Translations under genes and position numbers: made by a program
DNA from: an uncultured Thalassolituus sp.
GTDB taxonomy: Bacteria; Pseudomonadota; Gammaproteobacteria; Pseudomonadales; Oceanobacteraceae
Length of the DNA: 38,052 nt
Direction of reading: 5' to 3'
Assembly (NCBI GenBank): GCA_913054055.1
Contig: CAJXIT010000001.1
Coordinates: 1-38,052 of the forward strand
Notes under the pieces: generated by a model
Databases searched by the model: none
The model's input: only the letters and a program-made list of their open reading frames with translations
What the model was told of the DNA's origin: nothing
Shown here: positions 20,754 to 29,724 of the stretch, in pieces
Position numbering within the stretch: the first letter of the stretch is position 1
How the letters are laid out: the number at the start of each line of letters is the position of its first letter

Positions 20754-22331
20754 ATGGATCAGCGACAGGTTTTTGATGTTTTGGTCATAGGCAGCGGAGC
20801 AGCAGGACTGGCCGTTGCTTTGAGCGTTGCCGATTCGGCTAAGGTTGCCGTCTTAAGTAAAGACACATTAGCAAGTGGCAGTACTCGCTGGGCTCAAGGG
20901 GGCATTGCTGCAGTACTGGACAGTGAAGACTCAGTTAAAGCCCACATAAAAGACACTCTAACCGCCGGTGCAGGTCTGTGTAACTACAATGCGGTGAAGC
21001 ACACGGTTGAAAATGGCAGCGATGCCATTGACTGGTTGATTGAGCAACAGGTGCAATTCAGCAAAGATGGCGATGATTACCACCTAACCAAAGAAGGCGG
21101 TCACAGTCATCGCCGCATCATTCACGCAGCCGATGCCACAGGCGTAGCCGTTAGCCAAGCCCTTATTGGCCAGGCTCAAGCTCATAAAAACATCAGTTTG
21201 TTTGAGCGCCGCATGGCCATTGATTTAATCACCTGTGAAAAATTCAATATGCCAGGTAAAGGTGTCACTGGTGCTTATGTATTAAATGATGAAAATGGCC
21301 ATGTGGAAACCTTTCGCGCACGCACGGTGGTCATTGCTTCGGGTGGCGCCAGCAAATCCTATTTATATACCAGCAACCCAGATGGTACGTCCGGTGACGG
21401 CATTGCCATGGCTTGGCGTGCAGGCTGTCGTGTGGCCAACATGGAATTTAACCAGTTTCACCCCACTTGTTTGTACCACCCACAAGCCAAAAGCTTTTTG
21501 ATCACAGAAGCAGTGCGTGGAGAAGGGGGTTATTTATTGCTGCCCAATGGCGAACGCTTTATGCATAAATTTGATGATCGCTTAGAGCTGGCACCGCGTG
21601 ACATTGTGGCCAGAGCCATTGACCACGAAATGAAGCGTTTAGGTGCCGACTGCTTATACCTAGACATTAGTCACAAGCCCAAAGCATTTATCATTGAACA
21701 CTTCCCCACCATTTATGAGCGTTGCTTAGAGTTTGGCATTGATATGACCAAGCAACCCATACCTGTGGTGCCTGCTGCTCATTATACTTGCGGCGGCATA
21801 GTCACGGATGAATGCGGACGCACCGATGTCCCTAATTTATTTGCTGTGGGAGAAAGTGCCCACACAGGTTTGCACGGTGCCAATCGCTTGGCCAGTAATT
21901 CGTTGCTTGAATGCATTGTTTACGGACAAAGTGCCGCCAAATACATTTTAGAAATCATCAAAGAAAAACAAGATGTATTGTTTGCACCGGACTGGGATGA
22001 AAGCCAGGTCACCGATTCCGATGAAGACGTTGTGATCAGCCACAATTGGGACGAACTAAGACGATTTATGTGGGACTATGTGGGCATTGTAAGAACCGAC
22101 AAACGGCTGTTACGTGCCGAACACAGGGTACAACTTTTACGCAAAGAAATTTTAGAGTTTTATGGCAACCATAAAGTCACCAGCGACTTACTGGAACTTC
22201 GCAACCTTGTGGAAGTGTCTGAATTAATTATTCGCTGTGCTATTTTGCGTAAAGAAAGTCGAGGCCTGCATTATTCGTTGAGCCATCCAGATTTATTGCC
22301 TGTGGCTTACGATACGGTACTCACACCTTAG
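20754..22331 (+). CDS. nadB: L-aspartate oxidase
   Basis: [11 protein letters not shown] motif, [40 protein letters not shown]; divergent from rpoE. Confidence 0.98.
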   Translation: MDQRQVFDVLVIGSGAAGLAVALSVADSAKVAVLSKDTLASGSTRWAQGGIAAVLDSEDSVKAHIKDTLTAGAGLCNYNAVKHTVENGSDAIDWLIEQQVQFSKDGDDYHLTKEGGHSHRRIIHAADATGVAVSQALIGQAQAHKNISLFERRMAIDLITCEKFNMPGKGVTGAYVLNDENGHVETFRARTVVIASGGASKSYLYTSNPDGTSGDGIAMAWRAGCRVANMEFNQFHPTCLYHPQAKSFLITEAVRGEGGYLLLPNGERFMHKFDDRLELAPRDIVARAIDHEMKRLGADCLYLDISHKPKAFIIEHFPTIYERCLEFGIDMTKQPIPVVPAAHYTCGGIVTDECGRTDVPNLFAVGESAHTGLHGANRLASNSLLECIVYGQSAAKYILEIIKEKQDVLFAPDWDESQVTDSDEDVVISHNWDELRRFMWDYVGIVRTDKRLLRAEHRVQLLRKEILEFYGNHKVTSDLLELRNLVEVSELIIRCAILRKESRGLHYSLSHPDLLPVAYDTVLTP

Positions 22332-22411
22332 TATTTTATTCAACCATAATATTCATAAAGGTTAGTGATCTGACTGCTAGATTATTTTAACTTGAGTACA
22401 CGACTACAGAT

Positions 22412-22753
22412 ATGAAAACAGAACATAAAGCGGCCATTTATTCTGCCATTGTTTTCCCAGGGTCAGGGTATTTTTTTACAAACCAAAAAATACGAGGCTA
22501 TCTTTGCTTAGCCACCTGCGTCGTTATCTTGTTTATCTTGATGCGAGAAGCTTGGTTTAAAGCCCAAATCATTTCTAAAAAAATTGTATTTGGGGAGATT
22601 CCATTTGATCTCAATCTCATTAGAGAGCTAATCTTAACCACCCCAAGCATTTATTCTGACAGTATGATTTCACTCGTATACGGAGTGCTTTTTCTAGTTT
22701 GGGCCAGCTCTCTTATTGATAGCTATTTAATTGCAAAAAAAGAAAACTCATAG
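22412..22753 (+). CDS. Small hypothetical membrane protein
   Basis: 113 aa with an 'SA...PG.G.F' N-terminal motif and 2-3 hydrophobic segments; fills the intergenic space. Confidence 0.75.
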   Translation: MKTEHKAAIYSAIVFPGSGYFFTNQKIRGYLCLATCVVILFILMREAWFKAQIISKKIVFGEIPFDLNLIRELILTTPSIYSDSMISLVYGVLFLVWASSLIDSYLIAKKENS

Positions 22754-22850
22754 CTTATTTATGGATCAGATTTTACAAACTCTGTGGCTTTGATTATTAT
22801 GGCCTCGCTAATGCTTACATGGTGTAGGCAGTATAATAAAAAGGCCAATC

Positions 22851-23891
22851 ATGGAAGAAGCGATCCTAGCTAATGGTGAACCGTTAGCCCCTGCAACATC
22901 ATCACCCACCAATAAAACCGCCACTGCATTTGAATTTAAAGGTGACGGCACAGAATACTTTAAAATCTGGATTGTAAATATTTTACTCACGGTCGTTACC
23001 CTGGGAATTTATTCCGCATGGGCTACTGTAAGAAATAATCGATATTTCTATTCAAACCTATACCTGGATGGTCATAACTTTAGTTATCTTGCTCAGCCTT
23101 TAACCATTTTAAAAGGCCGAATCATTGCCATCATAGCCTTTGCAGCATTCACTTTTATTTCTCAAGCCAGCCCAGTTTTAAGCATCGCCCTAAGTTTGGC
23201 ATTTTTAATTGCTATGCCTTATATCATTATCCAGTCTCTGGCATTTAGCCGCAGAATGACAGCGTATCGAAATGTTCAATTTCGCTTTAATGCAGGCTAT
23301 GGTGAAGCCGCCATGGCTTTCATCGTTTGGCCTATACTAGGCTTGGTTTCATTTGGTATTTTATATCCAATGGCCATACTGAAAATGTCTCAATTTACAA
23401 TGAGGAATACGGCTTACGGAACCAGTAAGTTTGATTTTACTGCCACCTATTCAGATTACGGTGTTATATTCTTAACCATGATTGGCGTTGGCTTAGTATT
23501 AGGTTTGCCAATTTGGGGAATCGGCTTTATGTTTCCTGCTTTAACCCCTGTCATGCCTTTAATTTCTGCCATTATTTACTTAGGGCTAGGTTTATATTTT
23601 ATCGTTCAAACCAACAACTTATTCTTCAATAAGCTCTCTTTGCAAGATCATAGCTTTAAGGGTTCACTAGATATGGTGAGCTTAGGAAAAGTCATTTTAA
23701 TTAATCTGTTTTTGACTATCGTTACTCTGGGTCTTTATTTGCCAGCGGCAAAAGTACGCATGGTAAAATACATCTCCAGCAAAGTAACAATGAATGTTTC
23801 AGGTTCATTAGACAACTTCCAAGCTGCTGAAGAGCAACAAATCAATGCTCTAGGTGAAGAAATGGGCAACGTATTTGACCTAGGTGTATAG
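22851..23891 (+). CDS. YjgN/DUF898 family inner membrane protein
   Basis: FEFKGDGTEYFKIWIVNILLTVVTLGIYSAWA with internal repeat NLFLTIVTLGLY; ends GEE...FDL; paired with an M48 peptidase. Confidence 0.9.
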   Translation: MEEAILANGEPLAPATSSPTNKTATAFEFKGDGTEYFKIWIVNILLTVVTLGIYSAWATVRNNRYFYSNLYLDGHNFSYLAQPLTILKGRIIAIIAFAAFTFISQASPVLSIALSLAFLIAMPYIIIQSLAFSRRMTAYRNVQFRFNAGYGEAAMAFIVWPILGLVSFGILYPMAILKMSQFTMRNTAYGTSKFDFTATYSDYGVIFLTMIGVGLVLGLPIWGIGFMFPALTPVMPLISAIIYLGLGLYFIVQTNNLFFNKLSLQDHSFKGSLDMVSLGKVILINLFLTIVTLGLYLPAAKVRMVKYISSKVTMNVSGSLDNFQAAEEQQINALGEEMGNVFDLGV

Positions 23892-23894
23892 CCC

Positions 23895-24944
23895 TTGAAT
23901 ATTAATGGGCAGTACTTTGATGGAAACGGCTCTAACAGCCAGTCAGCGCAATTGATTTATTCTGATAATAATCAGAATAATATAATTTTGAACATTGAAG
24001 GGACTGCCCATACTCCCGAGAAGTATTTAGACTTCTCGGATATAAAGATTGAGTCTAGATTAGGTCACACTCCTAGGAATATTCACCTGCCTAACAATCA
24101 GCTCTTTACCACCATAGAGCATGATAAAGTTGATCAATTGAATAAATTAAATAATGGTTCAATCTTTTCATCCATCATTCATACTTTAGAAAGTCATCTT
24201 ATTCTGGCGTTATTTTCTTTAGTATTTACTGCGCTATTTATCTTTTCAGTGGTTCAATATGGCATCCCTAAAGCCGCAGAAATCATTGCAAGTAAACTAC
24301 CTTATGAAGACATAGGGAACCATAGCTTAACCATTCTAGATGAGACCTTATTTGAACCCTCAATCCTTGATACTGAAACACAAAAGCACTTCATAAAAGT
24401 CGCTAAACCGTATTTAGATCAATACCAAGATATTGGTCTAAAGCTTAATTTTCGATCCGGAATGCCCGCTAATGCGCTAGCCTTACCTGATGGCAATATT
24501 GTTTTTACAGATGGTTTTATAGAATTAGTAGAAGATGATAATGAATTCATTTCAATTCTGCTCCATGAGATTGGCCATATTAAAAATAAACATGTTGTAC
24601 GCCGAGCCATCCAAGGAACAACCTTAACCATATTAACGTTTTTTATTACAGGGGATTTAGAGATTTTCGATTTTGCCGTAGCCATTCCCAGCCTACTGAT
24701 GGATTTATCGTATTCTAGAGATTTTGAACGTGAAGCGGATTTGTTCTCCAAGAAACAAATGAATAGTTCTAATATTGATCTAATACACTTTGTGAATATT
24801 ATGACAAGGTTAGAAAATGCCCTCCAAATGAAAGATAATTCAAATATGGCCTCTGAAGAGAAAGAAACCGAGTCCAGCATTCCTGCGTTTTTATCTACTC
24901 ACCCATTAACCGAAGAACGCCTCAAGCTATTTTCAGCCTCATAA
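23895..24944 (+). CDS. M48-family zinc metallopeptidase (membrane anchored)
   Basis: NALALPDG, HEIGH (HExxH), YSRDFEREAD, LSTHP; TTG start 3 nt after the DUF898 stop. Confidence 0.92.
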   Translation: MNINGQYFDGNGSNSQSAQLIYSDNNQNNIILNIEGTAHTPEKYLDFSDIKIESRLGHTPRNIHLPNNQLFTTIEHDKVDQLNKLNNGSIFSSIIHTLESHLILALFSLVFTALFIFSVVQYGIPKAAEIIASKLPYEDIGNHSLTILDETLFEPSILDTETQKHFIKVAKPYLDQYQDIGLKLNFRSGMPANALALPDGNIVFTDGFIELVEDDNEFISILLHEIGHIKNKHVVRRAIQGTTLTILTFFITGDLEIFDFAVAIPSLLMDLSYSRDFEREADLFSKKQMNSSNIDLIHFVNIMTRLENALQMKDNSNMASEEKETESSIPAFLSTHPLTEERLKLFSAS

Positions 24945-24975
24945 ATCTTTATCTTGTGTTTTTCTCAAGGCCATC

Positions 24976-25008
24976 AAAAAAACCGCTAACTTGACGTAAG
25001 CGGGCTTT
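24976..25008. terminator. Probable terminator between convergent M48 peptidase and fleQ
   Basis: AAAAAAACCGCT-loop-AGCGGGCTTT; the T tract is on the minus (fleQ) strand. Confidence 0.5.
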
Positions 25009-25034
25009 AACAACACCGAGGTACTTAAAAGGAA

Positions 25035-26510
25035 TTATTGAACCGTTTCTTCTTCGACTGGTTCCTTCTCTTTTCTTTGTAAACCATACTTGCGCATCTT
25101 TTCAACAAGTGTGGTTCGACGTATTTGAAGTTTTTCTGCCGCACGAGCCACCACACCACAAGCATCGTCCAAAGCTTGCTGAATCAGTGAGCGCTCTAAG
25201 TTGGTTAAGTAATCTTTAAGGTCAATACCATTAACCGGCAATAAAGCGGGTGAATCCAGCCCCACAAGGCCTGGCTCACTTGGTAAGGTTGAAGGCATTT
25301 GCATATCACCTTCGTTTTCATCCCCTTCATCCATATGGCGGAATTTCTTTGGTAACTCAGGCAAACCGATCACACCGTACGGGTGCAAAATCGCTAACCG
25401 CTCAACAAGGTTTGCTAATTCTCTAACATTGCCATGCCAATCATGTCGGCATAACGACATAATCGCAGCACTGTTAAAACGGATAGATCCTCGTTTTTCA
25501 TTTTCCATTCTAGAAATTAATTCATTCATTAATAATGGAATGTCTTCTCGGCGCTCACGCAATGGTGGTACTTCTACAGGGAATACATTTAAACGGTAGA
25601 ATAAGTCCTCTCGAAAACTTTCTCTTTCTACCATTTGCTCTAAGTCTTTGTGAGTCGCGGCAATGATACGCACATTGGTTTTAATGGTTTTTGTGCCACC
25701 AACTCTCTCATAAGTTCGTTCTTGCAATACACGCAACAATTTAACTTGCATATTTAATGGCAGGTCGCCAATTTCATCTAAAAACAATGTACCACCTTCA
25801 GCCATTTCAAAACGCCCCGCACGGGAGGTTATGGCGCCAGTAAAGGCGCCTTTTTCATGACCAAACAATTCACTTTCGATTAATTCATTAGGAATGGCAC
25901 CACAATTAACCGGCACAAAAGGACCATCCCTGCGGTCACTATGATAATGAAGGTTACGAGCAACCACTTCTTTACCGGTTCCACTTTCACCAGTAATTAA
26001 CACCGTAACGTCTTTATTCGCCACTTGATGCATCAGTTCTCGGACGTATTGTATTTCTCGGCTAGTGCCCACTAAGGATCTAAACAATTGAACTGGACGT
26101 CGTTCGCCACGTACGCGATTGTGCGCGAAGTGCTCTCTAAAAATTTGAGCACGGTGCAAACTATCAAGCAATTTATTATAACTAGGGGGCATGGTCACAT
26201 GAGCAATAATGGCTCTGCGGATATCTTCAGATAGTTCAGCAGGTAATTCATCATCACCCACATAAATGATTGGCATACCTTTATCCCAATCATTGATATC
26301 GTTTAACATTTCTGAAGTTGATTTTGAACCTGAGCTCCCAAGGATTACAGCAACAATGTCCATTGGGTCATCTGAATTACCAGCAACGGTTTTCCAGTTT
26401 TTAGAATCACTTTCAAATGCTTCTTCACCTAAAAAGTCCAACAAAACATGCATGTCATGTTTACGCTGTTCGTTGTCATCCACTAACAAGACTTTAATCT
26501 CTCGCCACAT
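25035..26510 (-). CDS. fleQ: Flagellar master regulator FleQ/FlrA (sigma54 enhancer-binding protein)
   Basis: FleQ N-domain, [51 protein letters not shown]. The c-di-GMP-binding LFRS, ARN and ExxxR (ENEKR) motifs are retained. Confidence 0.96.
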   Translation of the reverse strand: MWREIKVLLVDDNEQRKHDMHVLLDFLGEEAFESDSKNWKTVAGNSDDPMDIVAVILGSSGSKSTSEMLNDINDWDKGMPIIYVGDDELPAELSEDIRRAIIAHVTMPPSYNKLLDSLHRAQIFREHFAHNRVRGERRPVQLFRSLVGTSREIQYVRELMHQVANKDVTVLITGESGTGKEVVARNLHYHSDRRDGPFVPVNCGAIPNELIESELFGHEKGAFTGAITSRAGRFEMAEGGTLFLDEIGDLPLNMQVKLLRVLQERTYERVGGTKTIKTNVRIIAATHKDLEQMVERESFREDLFYRLNVFPVEVPPLRERREDIPLLMNELISRMENEKRGSIRFNSAAIMSLCRHDWHGNVRELANLVERLAILHPYGVIGLPELPKKFRHMDEGDENEGDMQMPSTLPSEPGLVGLDSPALLPVNGIDLKDYLTNLERSLIQQALDDACGVVARAAEKLQIRRTTLVEKMRKYGLQRKEKEPVEEETVQ

Positions 26511-26553
26511 GGTGCGTCCCTAATTTTTCAAATGAATGTCAAATACAACACTT

Positions 26554-26616
26554 GCCAGTTAATTGACTTGTTCTATTAGTAATAGTCAGTGAGGTAGCAT
26601 TGGTCAAATAAATGAC
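26554..26616. promoter_or_regulatory. Two FleQ-box-like sites upstream of fleQ
   Basis: GCCAGTTAATTGAC (26554-26567) and GTCAAATAAATGAC (26603-26616) match GTCA-N6(AT-rich)-TGAC. Confidence 0.55.
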
Positions 26617-26661
26617 TATAATTTTTTATTATTATTCTTATCGCGCCATAGAATTGGAATT

Positions 26662-26677
26662 TGTGAGTCAAGTCACA
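26662..26677. promoter_or_regulatory. CRP/Vfr binding site upstream of fleQ
   Basis: Perfect core TGTGA-gtcaag-TCACA. Confidence 0.75.
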
Positions 26678-26806
26678 GCGCTTGTGTCTATTAGTGACAA
26701 AAAAAATGAAGGCTGTAAACCGTTTTTTTCAATTAATTTTTCGAAAACTTTGTTCTTGGTTTTTAATTTGATCAAACCGCCAAATAATGGCGTAAACCAC
26801 CGTCAC

Positions 26807-26846
26807 ATATAATAAAAAAAGGTTAACTAACCCTTTTTTATTATAT
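26807..26846 (-). terminator. Intrinsic terminator after fliS (possibly bidirectional)
   Basis: 19-bp arms ATATAATAAAAAAAGGTTA / TAACCCTTTTTTATTATAT with one mismatch (a G-U pair in minus-strand RNA); 25 nt after the fliS stop. Confidence 0.75.
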
Positions 26847-26870
26847 AAATTTATTTACATGGGAGTTGCA

Positions 26871-27314
26871 CTAAACGGATAAAACACTTGCCGCCTGACT
26901 GTTATCAAACTTCCCCTGGCGTTTCATATCCAAGTAGCTTTCTCGAATGCCTTCCCAACCTGCTTTTACTTCTAGTAATAACCCCATTACTTCATTAATA
27001 ATATCAATATCGTTCAAGCGGTTAGCATCAAATAATCGCCTACACATATAATCATAAAGACGCTCAAGATTACCACTGACATCCCCACCCTTATCATGAT
27101 CAAGAGATTCTTGAAGGGCACAAACAATATCTATTGCACGGCCAATTTTTTCATTTTTAGCTTCGTAATCTTCTTGTTCAATGTAGGTTTTTGCCATAGA
27201 AAGCCGCGTCAGCGCCCCTTCTAAAAGCAATTGGATTAATTTATGAGGATCAGCCTCCATCACTTCAGTTTGCAAACTGACTTGACCGTATTCCTTAGCA
27301 CCGTTTTTATACAT
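26871..27314 (-). CDS. fliS: Flagellin export chaperone FliS
   Basis: ADPHKLIQLLLEGA, LQESLD, NLERLYDYM, EVKAGW. ATG 27314 (GAGGG SD, downstream of the sigma28 promoter) preferred over GTG 27338. Confidence 0.95.
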   Translation of the reverse strand: MYKNGAKEYGQVSLQTEVMEADPHKLIQLLLEGALTRLSMAKTYIEQEDYEAKNEKIGRAIDIVCALQESLDHDKGGDVSGNLERLYDYMCRRLFDANRLNDIDIINEVMGLLLEVKAGWEGIRESYLDMKRQGKFDNSQAASVLSV

Positions 27315-27344
27315 CTTTTTTGCCCTCTGTCTCTTCACTATATT

Positions 27345-27371
27345 ACAGCGGCTGTATTGATTATTACTTTA
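27345..27371 (-). promoter_or_regulatory. Sigma28 (FliA) promoter for fliS
   Basis: Minus strand TAAAGTAA-N11-GCCGCTGT versus consensus TAAAGTTT-N11-GCCGATAA. Confidence 0.65.
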
Positions 27372-27468
27372 GTATTTAAAGAGAAAAATGACATAAAAAC
27401 GGTAAACATTGCTTAAAAAAGCGGCAACCCCTAGCCAATCAACTCCCCAAAACATTAGAAAAAACATA

Positions 27469-27481
27469 TAACCACCTGATT
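27469..27481. promoter_or_regulatory. IHF-like site upstream of the sigma54 promoter
   Basis: TAA-CCAC-CTGATT versus YAA-N4-TTGATW (one mismatch), in A/T-rich DNA ~20 nt upstream of the -24 element. Confidence 0.45.
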
Positions 27482-27498
27482 TTATTAAGAAAATAATA

Positions 27499-27515
27499 TT
27501 GGCATAAAGGCTGCT
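27499..27515 (+). promoter_or_regulatory. Sigma54 (-24/-12) promoter for the TPR-methyltransferase
   Basis: TTGGCATAAAGGCTGCT: GG (27501-02) and GC (27513-14) separated by exactly 10 nt; 50 nt upstream of the ATG. Confidence 0.7.
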
Positions 27516-27564
27516 TTATCAATTTCATTACTTAATAGTCACCTAATGAATTTAGGGGGATTGC

Positions 27565-29637
27565 ATGCTTTTCAATACTCAAACAAAACGTCCTTCTCAG
27601 GCCAACCTTAGGGTAAACCGAGGGAGCTTAAAAAAATCTAAGGCATTAGCTTATAAGCATTACGAAGCTGCCCTAGCGTGCATAGAAAACTATAAGCAAG
27701 CCGCGCAAGCTTTTAACAAAGCTAAAACATACATATTAAATGCTATTGAGATTAACCCAATCGATGCAGAAAGTTTAAATCTACTTTCTAGAATTGAGCT
27801 GGAACGAGGCGATAAAACAGCCGCCTTAAACGCCATTAATAGCGCGGTTGAATTAGAGCCAGATAATGGTGGCTACTGGTACAGTGCAGGCCATGCTTTA
27901 TTGGCGAATCATCAACTAGATAAAGCAGAATTTGCGTTCAAAAACGCCATTGAATTTTTACCGGATGAAACCCGAGCCGAAATTGGTTTAGCCTATACCT
28001 ATCAAGAACTGGGCGAACCCGTTAAAGCGTTTCAAATTTATCGTGTTTTAATCAAAAGCCAACCTAATGACTTACAACTGCGCAGCTTATTATTAAATGC
28101 CGCCAGTACCTTAAAAGCCGATTATTATGATCAGGTGCTTGAAAATGATTTAATCACTTACTTTAACTGGGAAGGCATTAATTTATCCCAGTTAGCCAAT
28201 TTGTGCAGCAGCTTGCTCGAGCATAAATTTCAGCTAAACAAGGATGGCAGCGCCGCACAATTTGAAGAAATGGCCAACAGCCATTTTTTACAAGCCTCGT
28301 TAAAAAATACGTTCATTAAAAGTGAATTGTTAGAGAAGCTTATTATGGCACTGCGCTATGAGCTACTTTCCCACTCAACAAAAAATGGCAATCTCAGCCA
28401 CAATTACATTGCTTTAAGCCATGCCATCTCTCAATACGGATTAAGAAGTGAATACATTCTTCCCGTAACTGATGCTGAAAAAAACATGGTGAACACATTA
28501 AAAAACATCATTGATCAATCCATCGTGAAGCCCGGCTGCACCCCTACGGACGTCTCTGGGGCGCTATTATTATTTGCCATGTACGAACCCTGGATTGAAC
28601 TGAATAATTACAAGCAACTGATTCAATTTCCCAATGAAAGCTGGCCTGCGACTACGTTTGAATTAAAAAAAGAAAATGAGGCATTATTTTCTTTAAATGA
28701 ATACGAATTTGATACCATCACATCATTGACAATGGCGTCAGTAAACCCGGTTAAATCTCAGTACGAAGCTTTCCCTTACCCAAGGTGGGATAAACTGGAC
28801 CATAAAAAGCCAAGCAACTATGGCATCGCGTTAAGCAATGAATATCCAGGCACCCACTTTTCGGAAGCACTATTTGAGCAGCCATTAAATGTGTTAATTG
28901 CAGGCTGTGGCACAGGTCGTCATGCACTGAATGTGGCTAAGTATTTTCATAAGGTAAATGTCACAGCAATCGATTTAAGCAAACAAAGTTTAAGCTATGC
29001 ACAATCTAAAGCTGAGGAATTGGCCATTGAGAATATCTCGTTCAAGCAAGCAGACTTAACTCAGCTTGATACTATGAAAAAACCATTTGATATTATTGAG
29101 TGCTCTGGTGTATTGCATCATATTCCCGATTATAAACCGGCGTTAACTAACCTACTTAACAACCTAAAGCCCAATGGCTTAATTAAAATATCGCTTTATA
29201 GTGAGTATGCCCGCCAGCCTATCAACCAGGTAAGAGAGTTATTCAAACGGGACATCGACCATCTTGAACCTCAAAAAATAAAGATCATTCGCCAAGCGAT
29301 TTTACAGGGGGAAGTCATTAAAGATACCAATGGCATTATTAGCTCAGATGATTTTTACAATATGAGTGGTGTGATTGATTTATTATTTCACCAATTTGAG
29401 CGTCAATTTACTCCCAGTAAACTACAAGCCTTATGTGAGGAATTTCAACTTGAATGGTTAGGGTTCTCTAATTTAAGTGAAGACTTGAAACAGAAGTTCA
29501 TGACCTTCCATCAAGATACTGGCGCTAACTTAAAAGACTTAAATCAATGGGAAGCATTTGAAAAAGAGAACACCAATGCGTTCTCTTCTATGTATCAATT
29601 TTATTGCCAATATAAACCTAAGTTGACGTTGAACTAA
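27565..29637 (+). CDS. TPR-repeat class I SAM-dependent methyltransferase
   Basis: About four N-terminal TPR-like repeats (AIEINP, AVELEPDN, AIEFLPDE, LIKSQPND). C-terminal QYEAFPYPRW, VLIAGCGTG, AIDLS, FDIIECSGVLHH, LKPNG. AGGGGG SD. Confidence 0.9.
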   Translation: MLFNTQTKRPSQANLRVNRGSLKKSKALAYKHYEAALACIENYKQAAQAFNKAKTYILNAIEINPIDAESLNLLSRIELERGDKTAALNAINSAVELEPDNGGYWYSAGHALLANHQLDKAEFAFKNAIEFLPDETRAEIGLAYTYQELGEPVKAFQIYRVLIKSQPNDLQLRSLLLNAASTLKADYYDQVLENDLITYFNWEGINLSQLANLCSSLLEHKFQLNKDGSAAQFEEMANSHFLQASLKNTFIKSELLEKLIMALRYELLSHSTKNGNLSHNYIALSHAISQYGLRSEYILPVTDAEKNMVNTLKNIIDQSIVKPGCTPTDVSGALLLFAMYEPWIELNNYKQLIQFPNESWPATTFELKKENEALFSLNEYEFDTITSLTMASVNPVKSQYEAFPYPRWDKLDHKKPSNYGIALSNEYPGTHFSEALFEQPLNVLIAGCGTGRHALNVAKYFHKVNVTAIDLSKQSLSYAQSKAEELAIENISFKQADLTQLDTMKKPFDIIECSGVLHHIPDYKPALTNLLNNLKPNGLIKISLYSEYARQPINQVRELFKRDIDHLEPQKIKIIRQAILQGEVIKDTNGIISSDDFYNMSGVIDLLFHQFERQFTPSKLQALCEEFQLEWLGFSNLSEDLKQKFMTFHQDTGANLKDLNQWEAFEKENTNAFSSMYQFYCQYKPKLTLN

Positions 29638-29724
29638 TTATTCTTTAAAAACCTATAACGGCATATCAAATTAATTTTATCATAATTATATGCTTTACAT
29701 TTTAGGTAAAGCCTTCAATTTATT

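Noticed and set aside
24419-24880. 153-aa minus-strand ORF
   Set aside because: Fully antisense to the M48 catalytic domain; no recognisable motif.
26612-26812. 66-aa ORF in the fleQ-fliS gap
   Set aside because: No SD; overlaps the CRP box and terminator; better explained as regulatory DNA.
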